Source: Octopus sinensis (Eukaryota). From it: a stretch of DNA of 19,264 nucleotides. Positions 1 to 9,968 of this stretch are shown here, piece by piece. The notes under the pieces were generated by a model that was not told the origin of the DNA, did no database searches, and saw only the letters and a list, made by a program, of their open reading frames with translations. The position numbers were made by a program, and so were the translations under genes. Where the stretch lies: NCBI RefSeq assembly GCF_006345805.1, contig NW_021824343.1:1-19264 (forward strand), in the 5' to 3' direction. Positions within the stretch are counted from its first letter, which is position 1. The number at the start of each line of letters is the position of its first letter.

Positions 1-41
1 GGGGCAGCAAGAAATATCTTCTGGTAATACAATACAGACAT

Positions 42-202
42 TTAAATTGATAGGGTTTTTCTAATGATGTGGTCAGTACTTATCAACACAATCTGGATTT
101 CTCTGAGACATGGTTCTCCTGGGACATTATCTAGATATTCTGACATCCCTTTTTATCATTCTGTAACAGGAACAGTTTTCGCTTTAAGATTCTACGTCCT
201 TT

Positions 203-203
<1 letters not shown>
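42..203 (-). mobile_element. Decayed C-terminal end of an R4/Dong-like (restriction-like endonuclease) non-LTR retrotransposon ORF
   Basis: Minus strand translates QRT*NLKAKTVPVTE**KGMSEYLDNVPGEPCLREIQIVLISTDHIIRKTLSI*. This resembles the R4/Dong C-terminus (W.LK...PV.IGALG..KG.....IPG...L.EIQK.VL..TAHI.R..L). It abuts a (TAA)n tract, the known Dong target. Confidence 0.75.

Positions 204-269
<66 letters not shown>
204..269. repeat. (ATT)n/(TAA)n microsatellite
   Basis: About 22 near-perfect trinucleotide units. Confidence 0.98.
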
Positions 270-270
<1 letters not shown>

Positions 271-430
271 CGTTTGACTTTTGCTTTACATTTGCACAAG
301 CTGGCTCCAAGTCTCACCGAGAGACTTCAAGAGACAAGTTGGAAGTTCATGTTGGTGTAATGCCTAGAGTGCCATATATTTGGTACTTAGTGTTGTACTA
401 GTGAATGTTTAAGAAACCATAAGAAAATTA
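270..430 (-). mobile_element. Probable 3' UTR end of a second R4/Dong-like element
   Basis: Minus strand ends gtctctcggtgagacttggagccagcttgtgcaaatgtaaagcaaaagtcaaacg and runs into (TAA)n. Matches my recollection of cephalopod Dong-like 3' ends; inner boundary uncertain. Confidence 0.5.
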
Positions 431-569
431 TGTTTGTGTTAAAACTTGAGATTTGTAGTGACCCCTTTACTCCGGCTCTTTCCCTTAGCCAACCCCTGGT
501 CGATAAACGTCACAACTGTTGACTTATCCCTTCTGAATAAATCCATCCTACCATAAAAATGAAACTTGA

Positions 570-760
570 TGGAGAACTGGTAGAATTGTTAGTGCGTCGG
601 ACAAAATGCTTTGTTGTGTTTGGTCCGGATCGTTACGTTCTAATTTCCAGTCACACCCAGTTCAACTTTGCCTTGCATTCCACCGGCGTCGATAAAATAA
701 AGTACTACTCGACTTACTCCTTCATCTTCAAAATTATTAGCCTTGTGAAAAAATCTGAAA
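570..760 (+). mobile_element. Old, degenerate copy of the tRNA-type SINE
   Basis: Aligns by eye to the copy at 15649 (ctggtagaattgttag, aaaatgct, ttacgttct, caactttgcctt, gtcgataaaataaagtac, tcgacttactcc) and ends in a gccttgtg tail like the copy ending at 5072. Confidence 0.75.
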
Positions 761-779
761 CATTATATTCACCCTCAAT

Positions 780-960
780 ATCATCATCAGCGTCATTATC
801 ATCATCATCATCATCACCCATTACCGCCATCATCATCAATTTTACATTTTCTTGTATCTTATAAAGGAAGTTGTTTTTAATAAAAAATAATTCCTTTTTG
901 TTGTTGTTGCTGCTGTTATGGTTGTAGTTGTTGCTGTGGCTGTTTTGATTGTTGTAGCAT
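780..960. repeat. (TCA)n and (TTG/CTG)n degenerate trinucleotide tracts
   Basis: Direct reading. Confidence 0.85.
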
Positions 961-1087
961 TGAGACCGACTCCCGAAGGGGATGAATATATCCGAAACAA
1001 AACCGACAAAAGATGTCATCAGGGGAAGAGGTTAAGCTATTGAGAAAAATCCGCAAACAATAATGGCGAAGGTGAACGTTTCAACAT

Positions 1088-1490
1088 GTATATATGTGTG
1101 CGTGTGTGTGACTCTGTGTGACTATTTAAGTATGTGTGTATACGGATGTATGTGTGTAAATGTATATGCGTGTGTGTGTCTGTGTGTACGTATGTAAACA
1201 TATATAATATACGTATATATATATTTGTTGCACGGTGATCGCTTATAAGCTTTAAGCTTATGAAATACTATTATATATGTGTGTTGTGTGTGTGTGTGTG
1301 TGTGTGAGTGTGCGTAAATGTGTATATATATATATATATATATACACATATATATTTATGTATATATATACATATGTATATATACTTACACATATGCACA
1401 TATATGTATATACGTGTAGTTATACATGCATAAGGTCATACATGCATGTGTTTATATGTGTGTGTGTGTAAGGTATGTATGTGTCTGTGA
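1088..1490. repeat. Compound (TG)n/(TA)n low-complexity tract
   Basis: Direct reading. Confidence 0.9.
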
Positions 1491-1662
1491 GGCGACAAGG
1501 ATTTCCTGTACACATGTACACATGCCTATGTTTTCTTTGATAAAGGTGGGGAGAAAGAAAGAAAGAAAGAAAGAGAGAGAAAGAGTGAGAGAGAGAGGGC
1601 AGTGTCCTTCCCTATCGTTGACTTATTGGTACATGTATTTTAAATGATGAATAAATTTGTTT

Positions 1663-1910
1663 ACAACAACAACGACGACGATGGCGGCACCACGAACAAC
1701 AGCAACAACAACAACAAGTTGAATTTACAAGAAGAACAACAAAATCATGGACAGCTTTAATCAGCTTTAAACAGCTGCAGCAAAGCGGATGTTGCCCAAC
1801 AGCATTACAACAGCATTACAACAACAACAGCAACAGCGACACTAATGACAACAGATATAAAATGTAATAATAAATTGCAGCAGCAACAACAATAGCGACA
1901 AGAACAATGA
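1663..1910. repeat. Degenerate (CAA/CAG)n tract
   Basis: Direct reading; interrupted by stops, no supported polyQ/N exon. Confidence 0.8.
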
Positions 1911-1994
1911 TAAATGCAGAAATTTAATGCTGTAAATCACTTAGATATAATAGTGACATGAGTTGAGAAAAGGAACAGAAGTAGGATATGAATA

Positions 1995-2003
1995 CATCAT
2001 ATA

Positions 2004-2041
<38 letters not shown>

Positions 2042-2710
2042 TATATACCATGCATATATAGTATACATATATATATATATATGTGTGTGTGTGTGTACAT
2101 ATATTATAATATGTATATAATATATATGCATGTATATCTGTATATAAATATATATAGATTTATATATATATAATATATATATATTATATATATATATATA
2201 TATATACACACACTGAATATATGTATGTGTATAATACACAAATAAATATATATGCATTATATATTATATATAGATATATATATATATATATATATATAGA
2301 TATATATTATAATATATATATATATACATATATATATACATATATATATTATACATATATACACACAAAAATACTCAGGTGTTTGTGTGTGTGTGGACCA
2401 TGCATTCGGACATACATGCATATGGGTATCTGTATCTGCGGTATAAGGCATTAGGATGTGTATATATAACGTGATATATATATAAATATCTATATATATA
2501 ATATATATATATATCTATATATATATATATTATATTATAATATATATGTATATAGTATATGTGTGTATTGTATAAGTATGTGTTTATATATGTATACACA
2601 TACAAATAAATACATGCATATATATATATATGCATGTAATAAGTATGCGTATGTGTGCGGGTTGGTGAGTGTTTTTGTGTGTGTGTGTGTGTATGAGTGT
2701 ATGTGTGTAC
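1995..2710. repeat. Long degenerate (TA)n/(TG)n tract
   Basis: Direct reading. Confidence 0.95.
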
Positions 2711-2821
2711 ATTGTAAGTGAGGGACAGAAAAATGTTGGGGTAGGGTGGAGAGCAATAGGGCCATAAAGACAGACGGACAGGCGGACGAACGGACAGACA
2801 GACAGGCAGACAGAAGATGGA

Positions 2822-3099
2822 TGAAAACAGTAGAAAAGAGAGAAAAAATGAAAAGAAAAATTATTTGAAGTGGAAATAGAAAAGAGCGGGAGTGGGGACT
2901 GGAAGAGAATAAGAAGAGAAGAAGAGAAGAGAGGAAGAAATAGAAGAGGAAGTGGACAGGGAGAAAGATGAGGGGCGAAAGGAAGAAAGAAAGGAAGAAG
3001 ACAAAAAAGAGGAGGAGAGAGAATAGAAGCAAGATTTGTAGGGAGAAAAAGAAGGAGGAAATAATATTAAAAAATATTAATAATGTTTGATTAATAATA

Positions 3100-3148
<49 letters not shown>

Positions 3149-3155
3149 TAATAAT

Positions 3156-3192
<37 letters not shown>

Positions 3193-3260
3193 TAAATAAT
3201 AATAATAATAATAATATAATAATAATATAAGTAATAATAATAATAAATAATAATAAATAA
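2822..3260. repeat. Polypurine (GA-rich) tract followed by (AAT)n
   Basis: 2822-3060 is largely A/G on the + strand; 3061-3260 is degenerate AAT. Confidence 0.9.
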
Positions 3261-3335
3261 CAAGAATTTAAAATCCCTGGAGTTTCTCGCTGATGGAAGC
3301 TATTGGTTCAAACCTCAGGAGAGACACATAATGTA

Positions 3336-3570
3336 TAACAACAACAACGACAACAGCAAAAACGAAAATCACAACGACGGCGACGATGATGATGACGGTG
3401 ATGATGATGATGATGATGATGATGGTGATGAGGACGACGACGACGACGATGATGATGGTGATGGCAGTGAAAAAAAAATCATCGACTTCTACGAAGCAAA
3501 CCAACACCACAGAACAACAACAACAACAACAACAACAATAATAATAATAATAATAATAATAATGATAATA
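3336..3570. repeat. Compound (CAA)/(GAT/GAC)/(CAA)/(AAT) microsatellite
   Basis: Direct reading. Confidence 0.9.
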
Positions 3571-3758
3571 CAAGTGTAGCGAAAAAGCAAAGGAGTCGCA
3601 CGAGCCGCCCCGCCTCTGCCCCCCTCCACCCGCCTGCCCCCTTCTTCTATCTCAGATGTTATGTAATGGCGTGTGATAAAACTAAACAGGAATTATCTGT
3701 GTGTTATGTTTACATGACTGATGCGATGCGTGACGAGGGATGCTGGAAGAGAGGTCAT

Positions 3759-4330
3759 AATGGATGGATGGGTGGATGGATGGATGTATGGATGGATGGA
3801 TGGGTGGGTGGATGGGTGGGTAAAGAAGAGAGATGGTGAGGGGTGCTGTTTGTTGTTATGGTGGTGATCGTGGTGGTTGTGGTGGTGGTGTTGATGGTGG
3901 TGGTGGTAGTGGTGGTGGTGATGGTGGTGGTGGTGGTGGTGGTGGTGGTGGTGGTGGCGGTGGTGTTGATGGTGGTGGTGGTAGTGGTTGTGGTGATGGT
4001 GGTGGTGGTGGTGGTGGTGGTGGTGGTGGTGGTGATGGTCAAGGTAGACGTGGCAGTGGAGGTGATAGTGGTCGAGATGAAAGTGGCAGTGATGGTAGTA
4101 GTATTAGTAGCAGTAGTAGTAGTGGTGATTATGGTAGTAGTGGTGGCAGTGATTGTGGTGGGTAGTAGTTGTGGTGGGTAGTAGTTGTGGTGGTGATCGT
4201 GGCAGTCGTGGATACGGTGGTGATGGTGGCGGTGGCGGTGGTGATCGTCGGGGTGAATACCGTAGCGATAGTAAGGATTCAAGTGATTTTGGTCGTAGGG
4301 GTGGTGATGGAGGAAGTAGTGTTAAATTGC

Positions 4331-4375
<45 letters not shown>

Positions 4376-4376
4376 T
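3759..4376. repeat. (GGAT/GGGT)n, (GGT)n and (AGT)n tracts
   Basis: Direct reading; source of the poly-G/V/T ORFs. Confidence 0.95.
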
Positions 4377-4681
4377 AACAGCAACAGCAGCATCGGCACT
4401 CAGAGAGAAGGAATTGGAGAGGGCAGTTGCTCCTGGGATTTTAGGGAAATCTGGACAGTGGGGGTTCGTCGATGACCCCTAGAGGGCCACATTTTTATCA
4501 TCCTCCCCTTTATTTTAACCCTTTGAATGCTATGCATATGTCCCTTTTTCCAGTTTATACCGTTTATATTTACTTTCACTTATATAAAATTAAATTTTTT
4601 ATTTATCATTTCATTATATGTAAACCTCCAATCTTTATATCTGTTTTTTTCATCCCCCCCCCCCCGCATGTTACGCCCTTA

Positions 4682-5072
4682 TGGCAAATCAATGAATCGT
4701 TAGCCCACCAGGCGAAATGCTTAGCGGTATTTCGTCTGCCGCTACGTTCTGAGTTCAAATTCCGCCGAGGTCGACTTTGCCTTTCATCCATTCGTGGTCG
4801 ATTAAATAAGTGCCAGTTTCGCACTGGGGTCGATATAATCGACTTAATCCATTTGTCTGTCCTTGTTTGTCCCCTCTGTGTTTGGCCCCTTGGGGGTAGT
4901 AAAGAAATAGGTATTTCGTCTGTATCTATGCCCTGAGTTCAAATTCCGCCAAGGTCGACTTTGCCTTTATCCTTTCGGGGTCGATAAATTAAGTACCAGT
5001 TGTGTACTGAGGTCAATGTAATCGACTATCTCCCCTTCCCCAAATTTCAGGCCTTGTGCCTAGAGTAGAAAG
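4682..5072 (+). mobile_element. Composite (double-core) tRNA-type SINE
   Basis: B-box-like GAGTTCAAATTCC at 4751 and 4935. Unit 1 (4682-4909) closely matches 15649-15879; unit 2 (4910-5072) repeats the core and has a different 3' tail ending near TTATTATTA. Confidence 0.9.
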
Positions 5073-5079
5073 TCTTATT

Positions 5080-5506
5080 ATTAGTTGTAGTAGTAGTAGT
5101 AGTAGTAGCAGCAGTGCTATTAATAGAATTAATAGTAGTAGTGGTAGTAGAGGTTGTAGTGGTTGGCAGTGATTGGTGATGGTGTTGCAAGATTTGGAGG
5201 TGGCGGTGGTGATGGTGTTAATTGTACGGGTGGTGTTTGTGGTTGTGATGAGGATGCTACTGGTGTTAGTGATGGTGGTGGAGCTGGTAGTTGTGGTGAT
5301 AGTGGTGGTGGTAATAATGGTAGAAGTGGTAGTAGAGGCAGTGTTAGAGGCGGTGATGTTTGGTACGGTGATAGTAGAGACAGCAGTGGATGTTGATGTA
5401 GAGTTTGATGGTAGAGGTGATGCGGGTGGCGGTGGCGATGAAGATGATGATGATGATGATAACGACAACAGTAACAATAACAATAATGATAGAAATGATG
5501 ATGATG

Positions 5507-5555
<49 letters not shown>

Positions 5556-5761
5556 TGATGATGATGATATATGATAGTAATAATAATAATAATGATAATG
5601 ATAATAACAATAATAATAATAATAATAATAATAATATAATAATAATAATACTAATAATAAAATAATAATAAGAAGAAGAAGAAGAAGAGAAGAAGAAGAA
5701 GAAGAAGAAGAAGAAGAAGAAGAAGAAGAAGAATGTAAAAAGAAGAAGGGGCAGAAGGTTG

Positions 5762-5813
<52 letters not shown>

Positions 5814-5832
5814 TGATAATAATGATAATGAT
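5080..5832. repeat. Compound (AGT)/(GGT)/(GAT)/(AAT)/(GAA) microsatellite block
   Basis: Direct reading; explains the 404-aa low-complexity ORF. Confidence 0.95.
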
Positions 5833-6155
5833 TTCATTTTTTGTTTTTTGCCACGAGGGCGAAAGATGAGAATATTCTGATGCTGATAATAATAATAAAG
5901 AATGTCAGATAAAAATAAAGATAAAAAGTCAAAAATAAGTGAAAAAGAAAGATTAGGTAGAAATATAGTGTGGTAGAAGGAGTGTTTAGGGGTCAGGGAT
6001 CTTAAAAGATATATGGGTGTAGGTGTAGAGGGAGGTGATGATAGAGGAGGTGGGGTGGGATATAAAATACGAATAAATAAATTGTTGAATAATGGGGGAA
6101 ATATATTAAATACAAATGTGTTTGTGTGCGTAAATGTATGTACATGGGTGCATGG

Positions 6156-6350
6156 GTACATACATATGTACATACATACATACATACATCTATACGTAAA
6201 TACATTCATACATACATATACATACATACATACATTCTTTCATACATACACACATACATACATACGTACATACATACATACTTACATACATATATATTCA
6301 TACATACATATACATACATGCATACATATACATACATACATACATACACA
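6156..6350. repeat. (TACA)n tetranucleotide tract
   Basis: Direct reading. Confidence 0.95.
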
Positions 6351-7678
6351 CAGGGTATTTCAAAAAATTTGATATAATTTCGCAATCTAATAACTTTACC
6401 AGTTCTTGTTCAAATGACTTCAAACTTTAACTGCATTTATAGAAACAGGTCAAAATTTTATGTTTAATGTTTGGTATGTTTATCTTTTCAGGTATAGAAA
6501 TGGCATTCACTGGAAGAGAAAAGGTGTTTTGTCTGCTGGAGTATTCTCGAACACAATCGAACAAGACTGCAGCGTGCATTTATGAGAGAGTTCTCTAAAA
6601 AAAGTCACCTATCGCGATGCAGATTTGGACATGGTACAAAAAATTCAAAGAGGAAGGCTGTCTGTGCAGGGTAAAAGATTCTGGACTACCACTAGAATCG
6701 GATAAGAAGAACAAGTCCGGAAACCCAGATTCCTCCAACGACAGTTTGGCGCGTTCTGAGGATACGCTTGGTAATGAAACCCGACAAGCTGCAGCTCGTT
6801 CAGGCCATAACGGCAGATGATAAGCGAAACCGCAAACAATTCTGTGTTGATATGCAAGAGAAACTTGAAGAAGCCGAGTTCAAGGAACGTCTTGTTTTCA
6901 GTGATGAGGCCACATTTCATACGAATGGCAAAGTCAAAAATGATTCGCATTTGGGGCGAAGAAAATCCCCATGCCACAGTTGAGCATTGAGGGAACTCAC
7001 CAAAAAGTGAATGTGTTCTGAGCCATCTCCAAGAAGCATATTCATGGCCCGTTTTTCTTTGAGGAAAATGTGACCGGTGATGTTTATCTGCAAATGCTTC
7101 AGAACTGGCTAATAGATGGAACACATTGCAAAATGAACATGAAAACTTCCTTTTTCAACAAGACAGGGGCTCCACCTCACTGGAAACTCACTGTGCGGGT
7201 TTAATCTCAATGACAATCTCCAGGGGAGATGGATCGGACGTGCTGGTGATGAAGGACAATGTGCTGTTGAAATGGCCACCACGTTCACCTGACCTGACAC
7301 CTTGCGATTTTCTTCTCTGGGGCTATGTGAAGGGCCTGGTTTATGTCCCCACTCTTCCTGCAAACCTAGAGGAACTTGAGCAGAGAATCACTACTAGACT
7401 GGAGACTGTTACCCAAAACATGCTGCAGCGTGTCTGGGCGGAGCTGAACAACCGAATTGACGTGTGCCGTGTCTCAAGCGGTGCGCATAGTAAACATTTA
7501 TGAAATCTTAAACGAAACCCACATACATTCGAAATTCTCATTCAAATTTGGAGGAATAAATCCTATGTTGCTCAACATTCAGCCTGTTTAGTTTCATTCG
7601 TTTTGCCTGTGTAATTTCTGTGATATTTGCATCTCAAATGATATCAAATTATATATGTGTATACACATATACACCCTG
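6351..7678 (+). mobile_element. Near full-length decayed Tc1/mariner-superfamily DNA transposon (DDxD, probably rosa/DD41D-related)
   Basis: Ends CAGGGT (6351) and ACCCTG followed by TA (7673-7680). Subterminal inverted match AATTTGATATAATTT (6366-6380) / AAATGATATCAAATT (7636-7650). Internal transposase remnant. Confidence 0.9.
6500..7503 (+). pseudogene. Frameshifted transposase with DUF4817-type HTH and DDD catalytic domain
   Basis: MAFTGREKVFCLLEYSRTQSNKT..QRAFMREF..IWTWYKKFKEEG (HTH); VFSDEATFH; FQQD(GAPPHW after frameshift); RWIGR; WPPRSPDLTPCDFLLWGYVKGLVY; multiple frameshifts and an apparent internal deletion. Confidence 0.92.
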
Positions 7679-7703
7679 TATATGTGTATGTATGTATAAT
7701 ATA

Positions 7704-7740
<37 letters not shown>

Positions 7741-7742
<2 letters not shown>

Positions 7743-7943
7743 AGTCAGTCGCCATGATAGATCGGTAGCCACTACACACATTTTTTTTTCTCTCCTTGTT
7801 TTTTCTGCGTCCCTTTCTGTAGAGGAGCGTAGGCTCGAAACGTAAAATACTTTTTTTCTATTCCTGAGCGTTATATCTAATACATCTGTTTGTTTTGTAC
7901 ACCACCTGTCTTCGTCTTTTGTTGTTTTCGTAAACTCTCCTAC
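7741..7943 (+). mobile_element. Non-autonomous repeat between (TA)n and (CA)n, possibly a Penelope-like terminal-repeat fragment
   Basis: About 200 bp island between microsatellites containing GAGC-GTAG-GCTC-GAAACGTA; resembles an abundant Octopus repeat (recollection). Confidence 0.55.
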
Positions 7944-7968
7944 ACCACACACCACACACACACACCAC

Positions 7969-8015
<47 letters not shown>

Positions 8016-8114
8016 TATGTATATATATATATATATGTGTGTGGTATGTGTGTGTAAGAATATATACATATTCATGCATATGTATGTATATATGTATATA
8101 TATGTATGTATATA

Positions 8115-8144
8115 TAGTAATGCCTCGCCATATCGCGGTTCGCC
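8115..8144 (+). mobile_element. Orphan pogo/Tigger-like terminal inverted repeat
   Basis: After (TA)n: tAGTAATGCCTCGCCATATCGCGGTTC, similar to the CAGTAATCCCTCG..TATCGCGG TIRs of Tigger-type elements; no partner end found. Confidence 0.5.
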
Positions 8145-8480
8145 AAGAGGCTGGAGCTTGTTGTCTGTAATATAGTCAGAAACTGGCAAATGTCTGTAAT
8201 TCACGGCACAATAACCACAATAATCTTCGCCTCATCGCTGTGGTGATGGATGTTGATTATAAGGTTTAACGTTTAGGATTTTTCTCTCTAGCCAAGGCTT
8301 AAGTAATTTCTTCAAGAATCACTTGAGGGGCAAAGTGAATGCGAAGAAGGAGGCACTGTCTTAGGCACTGAATTAGGAAAGGTGAGGGAGAGAGGTGAGA
8401 CTGACGGAACTGAGATTTAGTGACGCTGGTAATAAATGGCTAAAAGAATATACTCTGGGTCAGCCTTCTAAATGGTCACT

Positions 8481-8593
8481 GAAATGATGAAAGCCAAAGG
8501 GGACCTCGGCGGAATTTGAACTCAGGACGAAAAGACGAAATACCGATAAACATTTTGCTCGACGTGCTAACGCTTCTGCCAGCTCGCTGCCTT
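8481..8593 (-). mobile_element. tRNA-type SINE 5' portion
   Basis: Reverse complement reads aaggcagcgagctggcagaagcgttagcacg...ggtatttcgtc...gagttcaaattccgccgaggtc, matching 15649 onward. Confidence 0.88.
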
Positions 8594-9380
8594 GACCTGG
8601 TTCTAGTATTGCTGATCTTGCTAAGTACAATATGGCTGAGTTTCACATTCACTAAGTTGCAAAACTCTGATCAACAGAAGTTATCCAAGGACAATTAAGT
8701 AGCTAAACTGATTGGAAATTGTATTGAACTAATCGACCAGATAATCTGAGTCAGGGGTGTAATCCAAATACAAGACTAAGAAACTAATTTGGTTAAATAT
8801 TCAGAACGAGGCAGTAAATCTCTTTATGACCAATTAGATGTGTGCTGGATTGATGTCGTAGTCTCTTCTCAGAGTAAATAGAAACTAGATACGAAAGAAA
8901 GACATTTGCTATTTTAATTTTTTGAAGAAGGTAAGGCAACCTATTTTCTTATAAGAATCCCTTTCGGGGGCATAATAGAATCTTAATGTCTTGCAGCACC
9001 GACGAACGAAATTATGGGAAACGAAGCTGTATTTCTTGGTAGATGTAATACTGAGTCGCAGACTTACTCTGTTAATGGGCTTAGTATACTTGGGTAGCTT
9101 TAGCGGATCCTGTTTTGTTGTAAGAACTCGAGCCAAATCTTTGGTTTGAAGATATATTCTTCCATTTCTCCTGCCTTCTTACCAATCTTGGCAGCCATGT
9201 AAAGGGTCATTAGCACTGCCTTCTTCCCTAATAAAAATAAAATCGGATAGGATTACCTTTATTGCTTAACCCAGGTCAGCCCTTAACAAGTATACTATAG
9301 ACGTAGGTAGTCGGCCAAATATCTAATTGCGATCATTAGGATCCATTGGTGGTTGTTGTTGTTGTTGTTGCTGTTGTTGT

Positions 9381-9577
9381 TAAGCAACAAGACGGGTAAG
9401 GTGATTAGGTGATGGTCTAGGGCTTAGGGGCGGGAAACCCCAGACCTTGGGTAAAAAATAAAACTTTGGTCGTCTTGTTGTAGTCGAGGGCTCTTCGTTG
9501 ACGCCCGACACCACTGGGAGGTGGCCCTCGAAGTCGCTGGAAATGGAGATCTCCAGGTCCAAATTCTTGGACGGCCG
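9381..9577 (-). other. GC-rich structured island between (CAG)/(CAA) microsatellites, probably retroelement-derived
   Basis: Stems CAACAAGACG/CGTCTTGTTG, TCGAGGGC/GCCCTCGA and GTCCAA/TTGGAC; palindrome TGGAGATCTCCA; trinucleotide repeats on both sides. Confidence 0.5.
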
Positions 9578-9916
9578 CTGCTGCTGCTGTTATTGTTGTT
9601 TAAGACAAGTTTAGCCAAGATCAAACAAACGCACGATCATATACATTCCAACCATGTCCATTCCTACTTATTCATTTATTTACTTTTTTTTTGTTTTGTT
9701 CAGACAAAGTGAATCTAATCACACCTTATCTAATTTTTAAAAGGTAGGGTATTCAGCTATTATTTTTAGCAGAGCGGAGGACCATGCTGTGGATATTTAC
9801 CTGAATCTGTGTACGATGCTTTTTATTACGTTCATGGTGCTCTTTCACATCTGTTTTGTTTTGCTTCTTTTTTTTTTTTTTTACAAATATATGAAAAATA
9901 ATTTGCAAAAGTAAGA

Positions 9917-9968
9917 GTGGTGCCCCAGCATGGCCACAGGCTCTGGCTGAAACCAATAAAAAAGAAAA
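9917..9968 (+). mobile_element. Short SINE/LINE 3' tail fragment
   Basis: gtggtgccccagcatggccacagg..ctgaaaccaataaaaaagaaaa resembles the 3' end of a common Octopus retroposon (recollection), with an A-rich tail. Confidence 0.55.

Noticed and set aside
485-498. hAT-like TIR (reverse complement CAGGGGTTGGCTAA)
   Set aside because: Only 14 bp, with no partner end or 8-bp TSD found.
3262-3579. Frame KNLKSLEFLADGSYWFKPQERHIM followed by an acidic tract
   Set aside because: No acceptor upstream (AAT repeat), the remainder is microsatellite, and I recognise no homology.
5013-6227. 404-aa ORF, and similar ORFs at 2535-3263, 3755-4282 and 11053-11712
   Set aside because: Translations of stop-free microsatellites; no domain or splice support.
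9801-9946. Minus-strand exon with good acceptor (TTTCAG) and donor (CAG|GTAAAT)
   Set aside because: The acceptor comes from a retroposon tail and the exon would contain a poly-A run; exonisation is possible but unsupported.
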